DNA from: Candidatus Microgenomates bacterium
Lineage (GTDB): Bacteria > Patescibacteriota > Microgenomatia > UBA8517 > JACQJR01
Reading direction: 5' to 3'
DNA length: 64,000 nt
Assembly: GCA_016204995.1 (NCBI GenBank)
Contig: JACQJR010000001.1
Span: 92,548 to 156,547, forward strand
The notes below the pieces were generated by a model. It did no database searches. It had not been told where the DNA came from and saw nothing but the letters and a program-made list of their open reading frames with translations. Shown here in pieces: positions 54,768-64,000 of this stretch. How positions within the stretch are numbered: the first letter of the stretch is position 1; every line of letters starts with the position of its first letter. A program made the position numbers and the translations under genes.

Positions 54768-56138
54768 ATGGCGAAAATTTTGTTTGCTATTACTTTAGTT
54801 ATTTTTTTATTGCGACTGATATTCCTTTCGCCCTGGCTGGAAGATTGGGATTCGGTTCAATTTGCCATGGCTTTACATCATTATTCAATAGTAGAAAATC
54901 TACCCCATGCTCCTGGTTACCCTCTTTATATTTTACTAGGAAAAATATTCTATTTTTTCTTCCGAGATGACAATAAAGCTTTAACTATGATGAGCGCTCT
55001 TTTTGGTTCTCTTTCTGTAATTCCTCTTTACATGCTAGCTAAAAGTATGTTTGGAAAATTAACCGCTATATTTGCTGTATTAATTTTTGTCTCTACTCCC
55101 ATAGAATGGACACTATCAGAAGTGGCGTTAACTAATATCCCAGGGTTATTTTTTCTACTACTAATCGGGTATTTGGGGTATAAATCTCTTTCTAATAAGA
55201 AATTATTATTGCCATTTAGTTTTGTAAGTGGTTTTATTTTAGGCATCCGCTTCACAGAAATACCAATAATTACTGGTCTATGGGCCTTTATTTTCCTAAG
55301 GAAGGGAAATAGTAGCTATCTTTTTAAAGGTATTTCAATTTTTATACTAGGGATTGCTATATGGTTTATTCCTTTAATTTTTATTAGCGGAGTTAATAAT
55401 TTCTTTTCCTCCTATAATTGGATTGCTAACTATATCATTCATCATGATGCCCAAGGCGGACAAATAAATAGAATCTACCAATTATGGAATTTATTAAAAA
55501 TTGGCTACACTCCATTTTTTATTCTATTAGGAATAGTTAGCTTTATTTGGTGCGCCACCAGCAAGAATTTGAGAAGCAACACTGCTTTTAAGTTGTTATT
55601 CATCTGGTTATTTTCTTATCTCGTACCTTTAATTTTTATCTATAACCTGGAAGTGCCCCGCTATACCTTGCCACTTTTACCACCATTGGCGATTATAACA
55701 GCTCTATTTTTTTCCAGATTAATTTCCAAGAATAGAATATTTCTAATTTCTTTTGTGATATTTTGGGTCGCTCTCTTTAGAGAGAGTTGGCGTCAGGTTA
55801 GTATTTTTCAACAAGCTCTGCCACCCGCCATCTCTCCTGTACTCCACGTCAAAGAAAACTTTAATCCCAGCCAGACCACCCTAGTAACAACTTTTATCTA
55901 TAGACAATTTCAATATTATGCACCAGAATTTTCTAATTATTATGGAGTCAACAACACACCAGCTAAATTTGAGAGTGAAATAGTGATTATAGATTATGAT
56001 AAAATTAAAGATCAACTGCCGGCTTTACACCAATATGATATTAAGGATATTAAAAAGTTTTCCGGCCCGGCAGATATTTTTCCCCGAATATCACAAACTA
56101 ATTTATATATTTTAAAACGACATGCTGAAAACAAATGA
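54768..56138 (+). CDS. GT-C (PMT-like) membrane glycosyltransferase
   Basis: DWDSVQF, PHAPGYPLY and PRYTLPLLP motifs; many TM segments. Confidence 0.82.
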   Translation: MAKILFAITLVIFLLRLIFLSPWLEDWDSVQFAMALHHYSIVENLPHAPGYPLYILLGKIFYFFFRDDNKALTMMSALFGSLSVIPLYMLAKSMFGKLTAIFAVLIFVSTPIEWTLSEVALTNIPGLFFLLLIGYLGYKSLSNKKLLLPFSFVSGFILGIRFTEIPIITGLWAFIFLRKGNSSYLFKGISIFILGIAIWFIPLIFISGVNNFFSSYNWIANYIIHHDAQGGQINRIYQLWNLLKIGYTPFFILLGIVSFIWCATSKNLRSNTAFKLLFIWLFSYLVPLIFIYNLEVPRYTLPLLPPLAIITALFFSRLISKNRIFLISFVIFWVALFRESWRQVSIFQQALPPAISPVLHVKENFNPSQTTLVTTFIYRQFQYYAPEFSNYYGVNNTPAKFESEIVIIDYDKIKDQLPALHQYDIKDIKKFSGPADIFPRISQTNLYILKRHAENK

Positions 56139-56760
56139 TTTAGAGAAAATTTGGCAACAAGTACCGCCGGATTATTATGAGAAAGGCGTGACAGAAAATA
56201 TTTTACAATGGTGGTGGCACGGACAAAAAATAAATACCTTCCAGAAATTAGTTGACAAAAAAAATCCCCCAAACATTCTAGATGTAGGTTGTGCCGGCGG
56301 CATGATGACTTATAAGATCTCCCAGCTTCTACCGGCTAGTCAAATTACAGGAATTGATGTATATGACAAAGCCATTCAACATGCCAAAAAAAAATATCCT
56401 CGCCTTAAATTTATCGTTTGCGATGCACATCGTTTACCTTTTAAGGATAATACATTTGATTTAGTCATCTGCTACGAAACCATAGAACATGTGGTAAAAC
56501 CGGAAACAGTTTTAAGTGAAATTAGAAGGGTGATGAAAAAAAATGGCATCGCCATTGTCACTATGGATTCCGGCAGTCTGTTATTTAGAATCGTCTGGTG
56601 GTTTTGGGAAAGAACTCGCGGTAAGGTTTGGCAAGGGGCTCATCTTCATCCTTTTCATCACCAAGAGTTGGGACAATTAATTAAAAAGACTAAATTTAAA
56701 ATTCTGCAGAAGCATTTTTCTCATCTAGGAATGGAGGTTTCCTTTATCCTAACTAAATGA
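56122..56760 (+). CDS. Class I SAM-dependent methyltransferase
   Basis: ILDVGCAGG, GIDV and DAHRLPF.DNTFDLV...ETIEHV motifs. Confidence 0.93.
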   Translation: MLKTNDLEKIWQQVPPDYYEKGVTENILQWWWHGQKINTFQKLVDKKNPPNILDVGCAGGMMTYKISQLLPASQITGIDVYDKAIQHAKKKYPRLKFIVCDAHRLPFKDNTFDLVICYETIEHVVKPETVLSEIRRVMKKNGIAIVTMDSGSLLFRIVWWFWERTRGKVWQGAHLHPFHHQELGQLIKKTKFKILQKHFSHLGMEVSFILTK

Positions 56761-56763
56761 AGA

Positions 56764-58473
56764 TTACTTTTCAATTAAATAGTTTTCCAACACTAAAGCA
56801 TCTAGGCCGCTTTTCATGAAAGTGCCATAAGCTTCCATGCTCGTATTAACAATCGGCTCTCCCTTTAAATTAAAAGAGGTATCTAATAATACCGGCACGC
56901 CCGTAGCATTACCAAAACTTTTAACCAAATTGTAATATTGAGGTTGAATTTCTCTCTTAATAAATTGAGGGCGAGCTGTCCCATCTACATGAGTGATTGC
57001 TCCTAGTTTTGGCTGCCACTCTTTTCTGACTGGCACCACCGCTAACATGTATTCCAAAAGTGGTGAAGGTTGACCATTACCAATGTCAAAGAATTTTTTA
57101 CCTTGATCGTACAATACTACAGGAGCAAATGGACGGAAAGCCTCTCGGAATTTAATTTTAGCATTGACTAAATCTCTCATTTTTTTATCTCTCGGGTCAG
57201 CCAAAATACTTCTGGCCCCTAGAGCCCTAGGCCCCCATTCAAACCTGCCTTTGACCCAACCAATTACCTTCTTCTTGGTTAACATATTGACCAAACGTTC
57301 CTCTAACTGTTTATCGCTCAAATGTTTGGCTTTGATATTATTCTCTTGTAAAAATTTATTAATATCTTTCTCATTATTTTCTTCTCCCCAAAAGACATGC
57401 TGAAATCTCCACTTTCTAGGTTTATTAAAGACATGGTGATAAACATATAAAGCCGCGCCCAATGCTCCCCCTGAATCACCGGCGGCCGGATGAACAAAAA
57501 CATTTTTGAATCCCGCTTCGCGAAATATCCGCCAGTTAGCTACGCCATTTAAGGCGACTCCGCCGGCAAGGCATAAATTATCCTCGCCGGTTTTTTGATA
57601 AACGATTTTGGCAATAACTAATAATTTTTCTTCTAGAACTTTTTGAGCGCTGGCTGCAATATCAGCATATATTTGACTCACTTGATCTGTTTTACGAGGC
57701 TCTTGAGGATCAACCCCAAATAATTTAATAAATTTATCATTAAAGCTGACTTTATCGGAGAGATGAAAATTGAAATAATTAAGATTTAACTGGAAGGAAC
57801 CATCGGTTGATTGGTGAATTAGTTTTTCCACTTTATCTATATATTTAGGCTGCCCATACGGAGAAAGCCCCATCACTTTATATTCACCTTCATTAATTTC
57901 AAAACCTAAAAATTGCGTAAAAACACTATAAAATAAACCCAGGGAATGCGGAAATCTAATCTCTTGATTTAAAAATAATTTATTACCGCGAGCTCTCCCC
58001 CAAGTGGTAGTAGTCCATTCACCCACTCCGTCGCTAGTTATTATGGCTGATGATTCAAATGGCGAGGTATAAAAAGAACTGGCAGCATGTGATAGATGAT
58101 GACCGGAAAAGATTATTTTTTTACTAGAAATTTTTAGGTGTTTGGCGATTAGAGCTTTAATCCATAATTTATCTTTCAACCAGACTTTATAAGCGTTAAC
58201 GAATGACTCGCGAGAACGGGGAGCGGTTGCTAGAAATGACAAAGTTAAACGCTCAAACTTTAGAAAAGGTTTCTCATAAAAAACTACCCAATCAATATCC
58301 TGGCTTTTGATATTTGCTTTTCTTAAACAAAAATCTATAGCATGTTTAGGAAAACCAGAATCATGTTTTTTGCGGGAAAATCTTTCCTCTTCGGCGGCGG
58401 CAATAATTACTCCATTATCAATTAAAGCAGCGGCGGCATCGTGATAAAAACATGCTATACCTAAAATTTTCAC
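56764..58473 (-). CDS. NodU/CmcH/SxtI-family O-carbamoyltransferase
   Basis: YHDAAA, EEERFSRKKHD, HHLSHAAS, DGVGEW, GEYKVMGL, GGVALN, GDSGGA, GPRALGARSIL, KFREAFRPFAP and HVDGTARPQ motifs. Confidence 0.96.
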   Translation of the reverse strand: MKILGIACFYHDAAAALIDNGVIIAAAEEERFSRKKHDSGFPKHAIDFCLRKANIKSQDIDWVVFYEKPFLKFERLTLSFLATAPRSRESFVNAYKVWLKDKLWIKALIAKHLKISSKKIIFSGHHLSHAASSFYTSPFESSAIITSDGVGEWTTTTWGRARGNKLFLNQEIRFPHSLGLFYSVFTQFLGFEINEGEYKVMGLSPYGQPKYIDKVEKLIHQSTDGSFQLNLNYFNFHLSDKVSFNDKFIKLFGVDPQEPRKTDQVSQIYADIAASAQKVLEEKLLVIAKIVYQKTGEDNLCLAGGVALNGVANWRIFREAGFKNVFVHPAAGDSGGALGAALYVYHHVFNKPRKWRFQHVFWGEENNEKDINKFLQENNIKAKHLSDKQLEERLVNMLTKKKVIGWVKGRFEWGPRALGARSILADPRDKKMRDLVNAKIKFREAFRPFAPVVLYDQGKKFFDIGNGQPSPLLEYMLAVVPVRKEWQPKLGAITHVDGTARPQFIKREIQPQYYNLVKSFGNATGVPVLLDTSFNLKGEPIVNTSMEAYGTFMKSGLDALVLENYLIEK

Positions 58474-58682
58474 TGTAGTTTTAGCTTCTCTAAAAAGGAA
58501 GTGTTATCTTCCATTTTTTTCCAAGTTGGGAAATTCTTAGTGTCTAAAAAATCTTTGAATAAACTGGCTATGAAACCTAAAGGAGAAATTAAGACAAAAT
58601 AGATTAAGGAAAAAATTAATAAGATTTGAAGATTACCAATTTTCTCTGCAACAATTTTCCATTTTTCCCACAAATTTTTCAT
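58470..58682 (-). CDS. SxtJ-like small membrane protein
   Basis: W..W...AEKIG....LIFSLIYFVLISPLG pattern; overlaps the carbamoyltransferase start. Confidence 0.75.
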   Translation of the reverse strand: MKNLWEKWKIVAEKIGNLQILLIFSLIYFVLISPLGFIASLFKDFLDTKNFPTWKKMEDNTSFLEKLKLQ

Positions 58683-58692
58683 AGATTAAAGT

Positions 58693-58860
58693 CTAAAAAA
58701 GCGGATATACAAGAGGGGCCAGGGGGGAGGAACCGACGAAAAGAATTAATATACCTATAATCATAAAAACTGCTACCATTGGAATTAGCCACCATAATTT
58801 TTGCTTCCATAAAAAGGAAAAAAGCTCTTTCAAAATACTAAATCGCTCCAAGATTTCCAT
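58693..58860 (-). CDS. DUF5989 (SxtK-like) small membrane protein
   Basis: LKELFSFLWKQKLWWLIP...SSPLAPLVYPLF signature; ATG at 58860. Confidence 0.85.
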   Translation of the reverse strand: MEILERFSILKELFSFLWKQKLWWLIPMVAVFMIIGILILFVGSSPLAPLVYPLF

Positions 58861-58915
58861 TTTCCAAATAGTATTTTGAGTATAACACAACTAAAATTAA
58901 TTACACAATAGATAT

Positions 58916-60103
58916 TTAAATTATTTTAAGGCTATCTTTTAACTGATCTAAAGAATCATTATTTAAAAATTCAGATTTATCAATTCCGCTAAAATCAAAA
59001 TTATTAATATCACTTTTGCCATTACTGGCTACGTAGCTAACTAAATCATGCAAAAGACGATTTTTAGCAGCAATTAATACCTTTCCAAAACCTTCATCAC
59101 AAGATATCTTTGGCTTCCAACCAAGTTTGGAGATTAATTGAATATCAGAATAGCGATGAGTTACCCCTACTGGTTTATCCACTAAAGGCTTAATTTCAGG
59201 TTTATAACCTTCAAGGCTAGAAAATACTTCCAAAACCTCCAAAAATGACAAAATTTTTCCTGAACCAATATTACAACCAGAACCATCATGAATCTTGTCC
59301 ATAATTATAAAAAAAGCATCTATGCAATCATCAATATGAATAAAATCCCTTCCTTGTTTACCTGTTCCCCAAACAGTTAAAGGGTTTTCTCTCAAAGCTA
59401 CTCGGCGAGCGATAGCAGGAATAGGATAAGATAAATCCTGGTCTTCACCATAACCGGAGAAAGGCCGGACACAAGCAATGGATAAACCATATCTACCAGC
59501 TGCTAGTCTACTTAAATATTCACCAGTTAATTTGCTCCATCCATAAGTCATATCTGGCAAACCAAATTTCTCGCTGAAATTGATCATCGCCTCTTGTAAG
59601 GCAATATGTTTTTTGTTATTTTGAATATGGATAGGATAGGCAGCGCTGGAACTTGCATAAAGAATCCTTTTAATTCTTTTCACTCTTCTAGTAGCCCAAA
59701 GAAAGAATAAAGAATCAATTGCCAAATCTTTGGCTACCAGTATTGGATCTCCATCTATAATCGCCCTTCCACCAACAATTGAAGCCAAATGAAAAACATC
59801 AGAAAAATCAGGCAAAAGATTATTAAACTTGATATCTTCTGTTAAAGCGTTAATAACGTCATCGTTAACAAAAAATATCCTTTGTTCATCACTTTGATAA
59901 CAAATTATTTTATCTTTATTAGTTTGTTTTTTAAATTTTTTATCAAGCCAAATATCCGGATGCTTACCAGTAAATAAATTATCAATAATCCATATATCAG
60001 ATCCTTGGGGTATTAATTTATTTATTAGATGTCTACCAACAAAACCACATCCACCAGTCACTAAAAAAGGTAATTTATTAATTTTAGGACTATTACTTGT
60101 CAT
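58916..60103 (-). CDS. NAD-dependent nucleotide-sugar epimerase/dehydratase (extended SDR)
   Basis: VTGGCGFVG, HLASIVGG, SSSAAY, YGWSK, RPFSGYG and WGTG.Q.RDFIHI motifs. Confidence 0.92.
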   Translation of the reverse strand: MTSNSPKINKLPFLVTGGCGFVGRHLINKLIPQGSDIWIIDNLFTGKHPDIWLDKKFKKQTNKDKIICYQSDEQRIFFVNDDVINALTEDIKFNNLLPDFSDVFHLASIVGGRAIIDGDPILVAKDLAIDSLFFLWATRRVKRIKRILYASSSAAYPIHIQNNKKHIALQEAMINFSEKFGLPDMTYGWSKLTGEYLSRLAAGRYGLSIACVRPFSGYGEDQDLSYPIPAIARRVALRENPLTVWGTGKQGRDFIHIDDCIDAFFIIMDKIHDGSGCNIGSGKILSFLEVLEVFSSLEGYKPEIKPLVDKPVGVTHRYSDIQLISKLGWKPKISCDEGFGKVLIAAKNRLLHDLVSYVASNGKSDINNFDFSGIDKSEFLNNDSLDQLKDSLKII

Positions 60104-60107
60104 TTAT

Positions 60108-61106
60108 TTACTTATTTAGCAAATCGTCAATTTCACAAGCCCAAGCAGTAACAATTGGTAACTCTTCCTTGGGAAAGAATTTTTCTTTGACTAATACCCT
60201 ATAAACTTTTAACAACGACTCCAAAGGGTCTTTATACAAAGAGGTAGCGTCTAAAATATCAATTAGTTTTTTAGTATTTAAAAAAAGCGGTACCTCTAAT
60301 TTAAAATCGTCCAGATAGTTGTGCGGATTACGATTACTGGTATAAGCAGTAGGATAAGTAAATACCACTTTAGCATCCATCTCCCATAAAATTCTTTGGG
60401 CAATATATCCCCTGATAATGTCTTCAACATGAAAACCAGAAGTCGCTGGCAAATAAAGCAAGGGGTAGGCCATCGGATGAGTAAAAGTATTTTGAGTATT
60501 CATCGGCGCATAACTACCTTTTCCTAAAGCATAATTACCCGTAGGTTTCAATTCTAACCAATGGTTATAAAGGAAACGATAAATAGCATCAAAATCGCTA
60601 TCTTTATCCTGTACTGAATTTTGCATAGGAGAAATAACTTTTTCTTTCTTCTGTTTTATTCCTTCTTGATCTTTAATAAATTCTAAAGGGAAACCTCGTA
60701 CCCAAACAGGATTTTCCACATGGTTTTTTAAGAAATATTGGTAGACATTAATAAATTTCTTACCAGATAAAGTGGTTACTTTTTTTTCTAAACTAACATC
60801 GGGTGGATAATTTTTATCGGGAAACATATCATCATCACTTTCACCTATCACCTTTGCTCCATTTTTAATAGCGTATAAATAACCTAAATTTTTCCTAGCA
60901 TACATTTTCCAAGGGAAAAATTTAGAAAATGTGGGGAATAATTTATCCTGCATTTCCGGAGACAAATAATCTACATTTTCAACAGACCAATTGAGAGGAG
61001 TTTTAGTATCACCAACACAAATTAACTTCCAATCTGGAATTTGGGCAAACTTATATATTTCTTCTTTGGGAGGATTAATTGTCGTGATGATAATCACTTT
61101 GTCCAT
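60108..61106 (-). CDS. STELLO (DUF288)/GT75-related glycosyltransferase-like protein
   Basis: IIITTINPP, VGDTKTP.NW, YARKNLGYLYAI..GA, DDD, W.RGFPL, D.DAIYR, NTQNT and DIIRGY.AQR.LW motifs. Confidence 0.85.
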   Translation of the reverse strand: MDKVIIITTINPPKEEIYKFAQIPDWKLICVGDTKTPLNWSVENVDYLSPEMQDKLFPTFSKFFPWKMYARKNLGYLYAIKNGAKVIGESDDDMFPDKNYPPDVSLEKKVTTLSGKKFINVYQYFLKNHVENPVWVRGFPLEFIKDQEGIKQKKEKVISPMQNSVQDKDSDFDAIYRFLYNHWLELKPTGNYALGKGSYAPMNTQNTFTHPMAYPLLYLPATSGFHVEDIIRGYIAQRILWEMDAKVVFTYPTAYTSNRNPHNYLDDFKLEVPLFLNTKKLIDILDATSLYKDPLESLLKVYRVLVKEKFFPKEELPIVTAWACEIDDLLNK

Positions 61107-61178
61107 ACATTACCCAAGCTGCTTTAAGTTTCACATATTATAAAGAGCCATCATAATAAAGCAATAGTGAATTTTACT

Positions 61179-62105
61179 TCAATTTTTGCTAAAACCAATC
61201 TTTTCTTCAATAATATATTTGGGCCGATTTTTTACCTCATCATATATCCTAGCTAAGTATTCACCTAATATTCCTAAAGTAATAAGCTGAATTCCACCCA
61301 CCAGGAGTATAGTGGACATAGTAGAAGCCCAACCGGCAATACCAAAACCAAAAAATATTCTTAAGATAAAAACACCAATAATAGAAATAAAGGCCACCAG
61401 GGCGCAGATAAATCCCAAAAAACTAGCCAGCCTTAATGGTAGATAAGAGAAAGAAATGACCCCATCTAAGGCAAGTTTTATTAATCTTCTTATGCTGGCT
61501 TGTTGGCCACTACTTCTTTTCCCACGCTCGTAAACTACACCTACTTGGGTAAAACCTGTCCAAGCCCTTAAACCACTTAAGTATTTATTTCTCTCGGGTA
61601 AATTAGTCAATATTTTTACTACCCTTTGGCTCATTAAAGAAAAGGTACCAGCATCCAGGGGCATTTTATAAATGGAAACCATATTTAATAATCGATAAAA
61701 AATTGTAAATAAAAATCTTCTTAATAGGCTTTCCTTTCTCTTTTGTTTAACACCATACACTACCTCAAAACCTTCTTTAGCTTTAGCAACCATTTGAGGA
61801 ATTATTTCTGGAGGATCTTGTAGATCAGCGTCCATTAAAACAACCCAATCGCCTTTAGCATGAATTAGACCAGCATCAATGGCTGGCATATGCCCGAAGT
61901 TTCTAGAAAAAGATATTAATCTAATCTTTTTATCCCTACCTCTTAATTTTTTTATTACTCCTAGGGTATTATCTATACTACCGTCATTAATAAAAATTAT
62001 TTCGTGATCACGACCTACCTTTCTTAGAACTGGTTTTAATCTTTGATAAAGTAGTGGCAAATTTTTTTCCTCGTTAAAAGCTGGTATTACCAAGCTAATT
62101 TTCAT
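61179..62105 (-). CDS. GtrB/ArnC-like polyprenol-phosphate glycosyltransferase (GT2 with 2 TM)
   Basis: IPAFNEE, NDGS.D, SRNFGH, MDADLQDPPE and GILGEYLARIYDEVKNRPKY motifs. Confidence 0.94.
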   Translation of the reverse strand: MKISLVIPAFNEEKNLPLLYQRLKPVLRKVGRDHEIIFINDGSIDNTLGVIKKLRGRDKKIRLISFSRNFGHMPAIDAGLIHAKGDWVVLMDADLQDPPEIIPQMVAKAKEGFEVVYGVKQKRKESLLRRFLFTIFYRLLNMVSIYKMPLDAGTFSLMSQRVVKILTNLPERNKYLSGLRAWTGFTQVGVVYERGKRSSGQQASIRRLIKLALDGVISFSYLPLRLASFLGFICALVAFISIIGVFILRIFFGFGIAGWASTMSTILLVGGIQLITLGILGEYLARIYDEVKNRPKYIIEEKIGFSKN

Positions 62106-62176
62106 GCTTTGTCAATACTATGCTCACTCTCAACTTTTGTCAACGATTCTTAAATTATTGCGTCTCATAATATATA

Positions 62177-62833
62177 ATGTCTTACATGACCGCTGATTCT
62201 GTTAAAAAAACTATCTATTTGTATTCTGGGCTGGGCTGGAAAAGTATCTTTGCAAAGGTACGATTTTGGGATGCTCCTTATGTAGAGGTAGAAAAAATCG
62301 TTCCTAAAAAGGGAACCATTACTGATTTGGGGTGTGGGGATGGAATATTCACCAATTTCTTAGCCCTTACTTCCCCTAAGAGAAAACTAACTGGAATAGA
62401 TATAGACAGCAAAAGATTGACTGCAGCTGATAAAGGGTTAAAAAACGTTCAATTTAAACTGGCTGATGCTAATAAGGTTAATCTCCCTAAAAGTGATGCT
62501 GTTATTCTTTTTCATTTATTGCACCATCTTAAATCGCAAGAACTGCAGACAGAAGTGTTAAGAAAATGCATTGATAGTTTAAGAAAAAATGGCAAAATAA
62601 TAATTATAGAAATTGATGTGAAATTTAGTTTTAAATATTTCTTAACTTTGTTCACTGACCACTTAATTGTACCGTGGTTTTTTGACAATAAGTTATACGA
62701 GCCAAAGATTTTTTTCCGTCATACAAAAGAGTGGTTAATATTATTAAATGATCTGGGTCTCTCTTGTAAAGTAATAATGGCTGAAGAAAATAAACCATTC
62801 ACCCACATTATTTTTAATTGTCATAAGAGATAA
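62177..62833 (+). CDS. Class I SAM-dependent methyltransferase
   Basis: DLGCGDG, GIDID and FHLLHHL motifs. Confidence 0.9.
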   Translation: MSYMTADSVKKTIYLYSGLGWKSIFAKVRFWDAPYVEVEKIVPKKGTITDLGCGDGIFTNFLALTSPKRKLTGIDIDSKRLTAADKGLKNVQFKLADANKVNLPKSDAVILFHLLHHLKSQELQTEVLRKCIDSLRKNGKIIIIEIDVKFSFKYFLTLFTDHLIVPWFFDNKLYEPKIFFRHTKEWLILLNDLGLSCKVIMAEENKPFTHIIFNCHKR

Positions 62834-62845
62834 TCTTAATAATCA

Positions 62846-64000
62846 CTAAGATTTTGTTAAAGATTTAAGTAAAGCTGGGGTTAGTTGGCCTGGATAATAT
62901 TTTCTTAATTTTTCAGAATGATCATAAATTTCATAGGTATGAGGATCTTGAGTAAATAAATAAACTTCTTGTTTTTCAGGCTGATATTTTTCTAATAATT
63001 TAATAAATTCGCCTGCGTCATTTTGGATATAAATTGGCTCTCTAATACGGTAAAGCTCATAAAATTCGTAAATATAACGAGATAGAATCTCCGATGGCGG
63101 AGAAGCATATATCACTTTGAGTTTCCCATTTCCCGGTAAAAGATGCATTAATTGCGGATTAGAAGCCCGTTCGGGAGCAGAATATATCTTGGCCCATTCA
63201 GTATCACTGTGCAACATCGTCAAAGAGTTAACCAAAATAAGAATTATGAGTAACCTCTGAAAAATTTTATATTTGATAACCAAACTTAGTCCTAAAAGGA
63301 TAATCATCATTCCAAAGGTGGCTGATAAACCATAAGAAGTGGGGGCAATAGGGAAAGTGTCATTGTATTGGGAAGTCAAAGGTTGAATACTTTGCACCAT
63401 CCGAATACCGGATAAAGTTGGTCCTATCATGGAAATTATCAGCATTACTTCACCTATTACAATTAGCTTTGCTGCAAGAAATCTTTTCTCTTTCAAAAGC
63501 CAAACAATTAATCCCACTAATCCCAAAACTACAACCCCACCTAAAATAGAAGAAATATAAAAAGCTTGAGGAAACCATGATCTTAAAGTATTAATGAGGG
63601 GATAAGCTAAGGCGTGTGGTAGGCTAACGGCAAATATGCTATCGGCTAGCCTTACTAAATGAGGCCAATTGCTTAATAAATTACTATAATTTATTACCTG
63701 AGGCCTCATCGCCACCAAAACAGGCCAGTAAAGAAAAAATATTAAAGGAAAAGCTAGTAGGGTTAGAACCCACTCCCATCTCTGACTTTTAATTTTTGCC
63801 ACCAACAATATGCTTATTAGTAATAGTGGAATAGCAATATAATGGAGCCGCGACAGACCAAATTCCAAAGCTGCAGCATAAAAGATAATAGCACCTAAAT
63901 AAAATTTAGAAACTAATAAATAAATTGCCAAAGAAAAGAGCAATAAGGAGAAACCATCACCGATATATTCTTGCATTTGCAATATCTGCCGCCAATAGGT
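62846..64000 (-). CDS. Polytopic membrane protein, probably GT-C; 5' end lies outside the window
   Basis: Frame is open to the window edge (TYWRQILQMQEY...); many TM segments plus a C-terminal soluble tail. Confidence 0.65.
   Translation of the reverse strand, partial: TYWRQILQMQEYIGDGFSLLLFSLAIYLLVSKFYLGAIIFYAAALEFGLSRLHYIAIPLLLISILLVAKIKSQRWEWVLTLLAFPLIFFLYWPVLVAMRPQVINYSNLLSNWPHLVRLADSIFAVSLPHALAYPLINTLRSWFPQAFYISSILGGVVVLGLVGLIVWLLKEKRFLAAKLIVIGEVMLIISMIGPTLSGIRMVQSIQPLTSQYNDTFPIAPTSYGLSATFGMMIILLGLSLVIKYKIFQRLLIILILVNSLTMLHSDTEWAKIYSAPERASNPQLMHLLPGNGKLKVIYASPPSEILSRYIYEFYELYRIREPIYIQNDAGEFIKLLEKYQPEKQEVYLFTQDPHTYEIYDHSEKLRKYYPGQLTPALLKSLTKS

Noticed and set aside
56764-58860. Saxitoxin biosynthesis cluster
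   Set aside because: Only the widespread sxtI/J/K-like triad is present; no sxtA/G/B or other core genes.

Overview
A 64-kb bacterial region, almost all on the minus strand. Gene content suggests a Patescibacteria/CPR, probably Microgenomates-like, genome (inference from N-terminally shortened MurE/MurF, alpha2-type GlyRS, DUF4012 and few SD sites). Bases 1-17.5 kb hold a dcw cluster: mraZ-rsmH-ftsL-ftsI-murE-murC-murB-hydrolase-murF-murA-mraY-[4.5-kb insert of secreted/surface proteins]-murD-ftsW(partial). Bases 17.6-23.4 kb hold glyQS, recO, a thermonuclease and a DUF4012 protein. Bases 23.5-64 kb form a ~40-kb surface-glycan locus: priming transferase, manC, many GT2/GT4, about 8 GT-C membrane proteins, Wzx, O-antigen ligase-like protein, GalE, methyltransferases, a carbamoyltransferase-SxtJ-DUF5989 triad and a STELLO/GT75-like protein. 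The strongest unexplained signal is a set of very short palindromes (18-bp CCTGCCTGCGCAGGCAGG, 15-bp CCCGATTNAATCGGG, a 2x15-bp pair). They are multiples of 3 bp long, sit in-frame inside unrelated genes and can be cleanly excised on paper. Inverted 7-9-mer repeat elements also invade genes and spacers. No rRNA, tRNA, CRISPR array or transposase was recognised.
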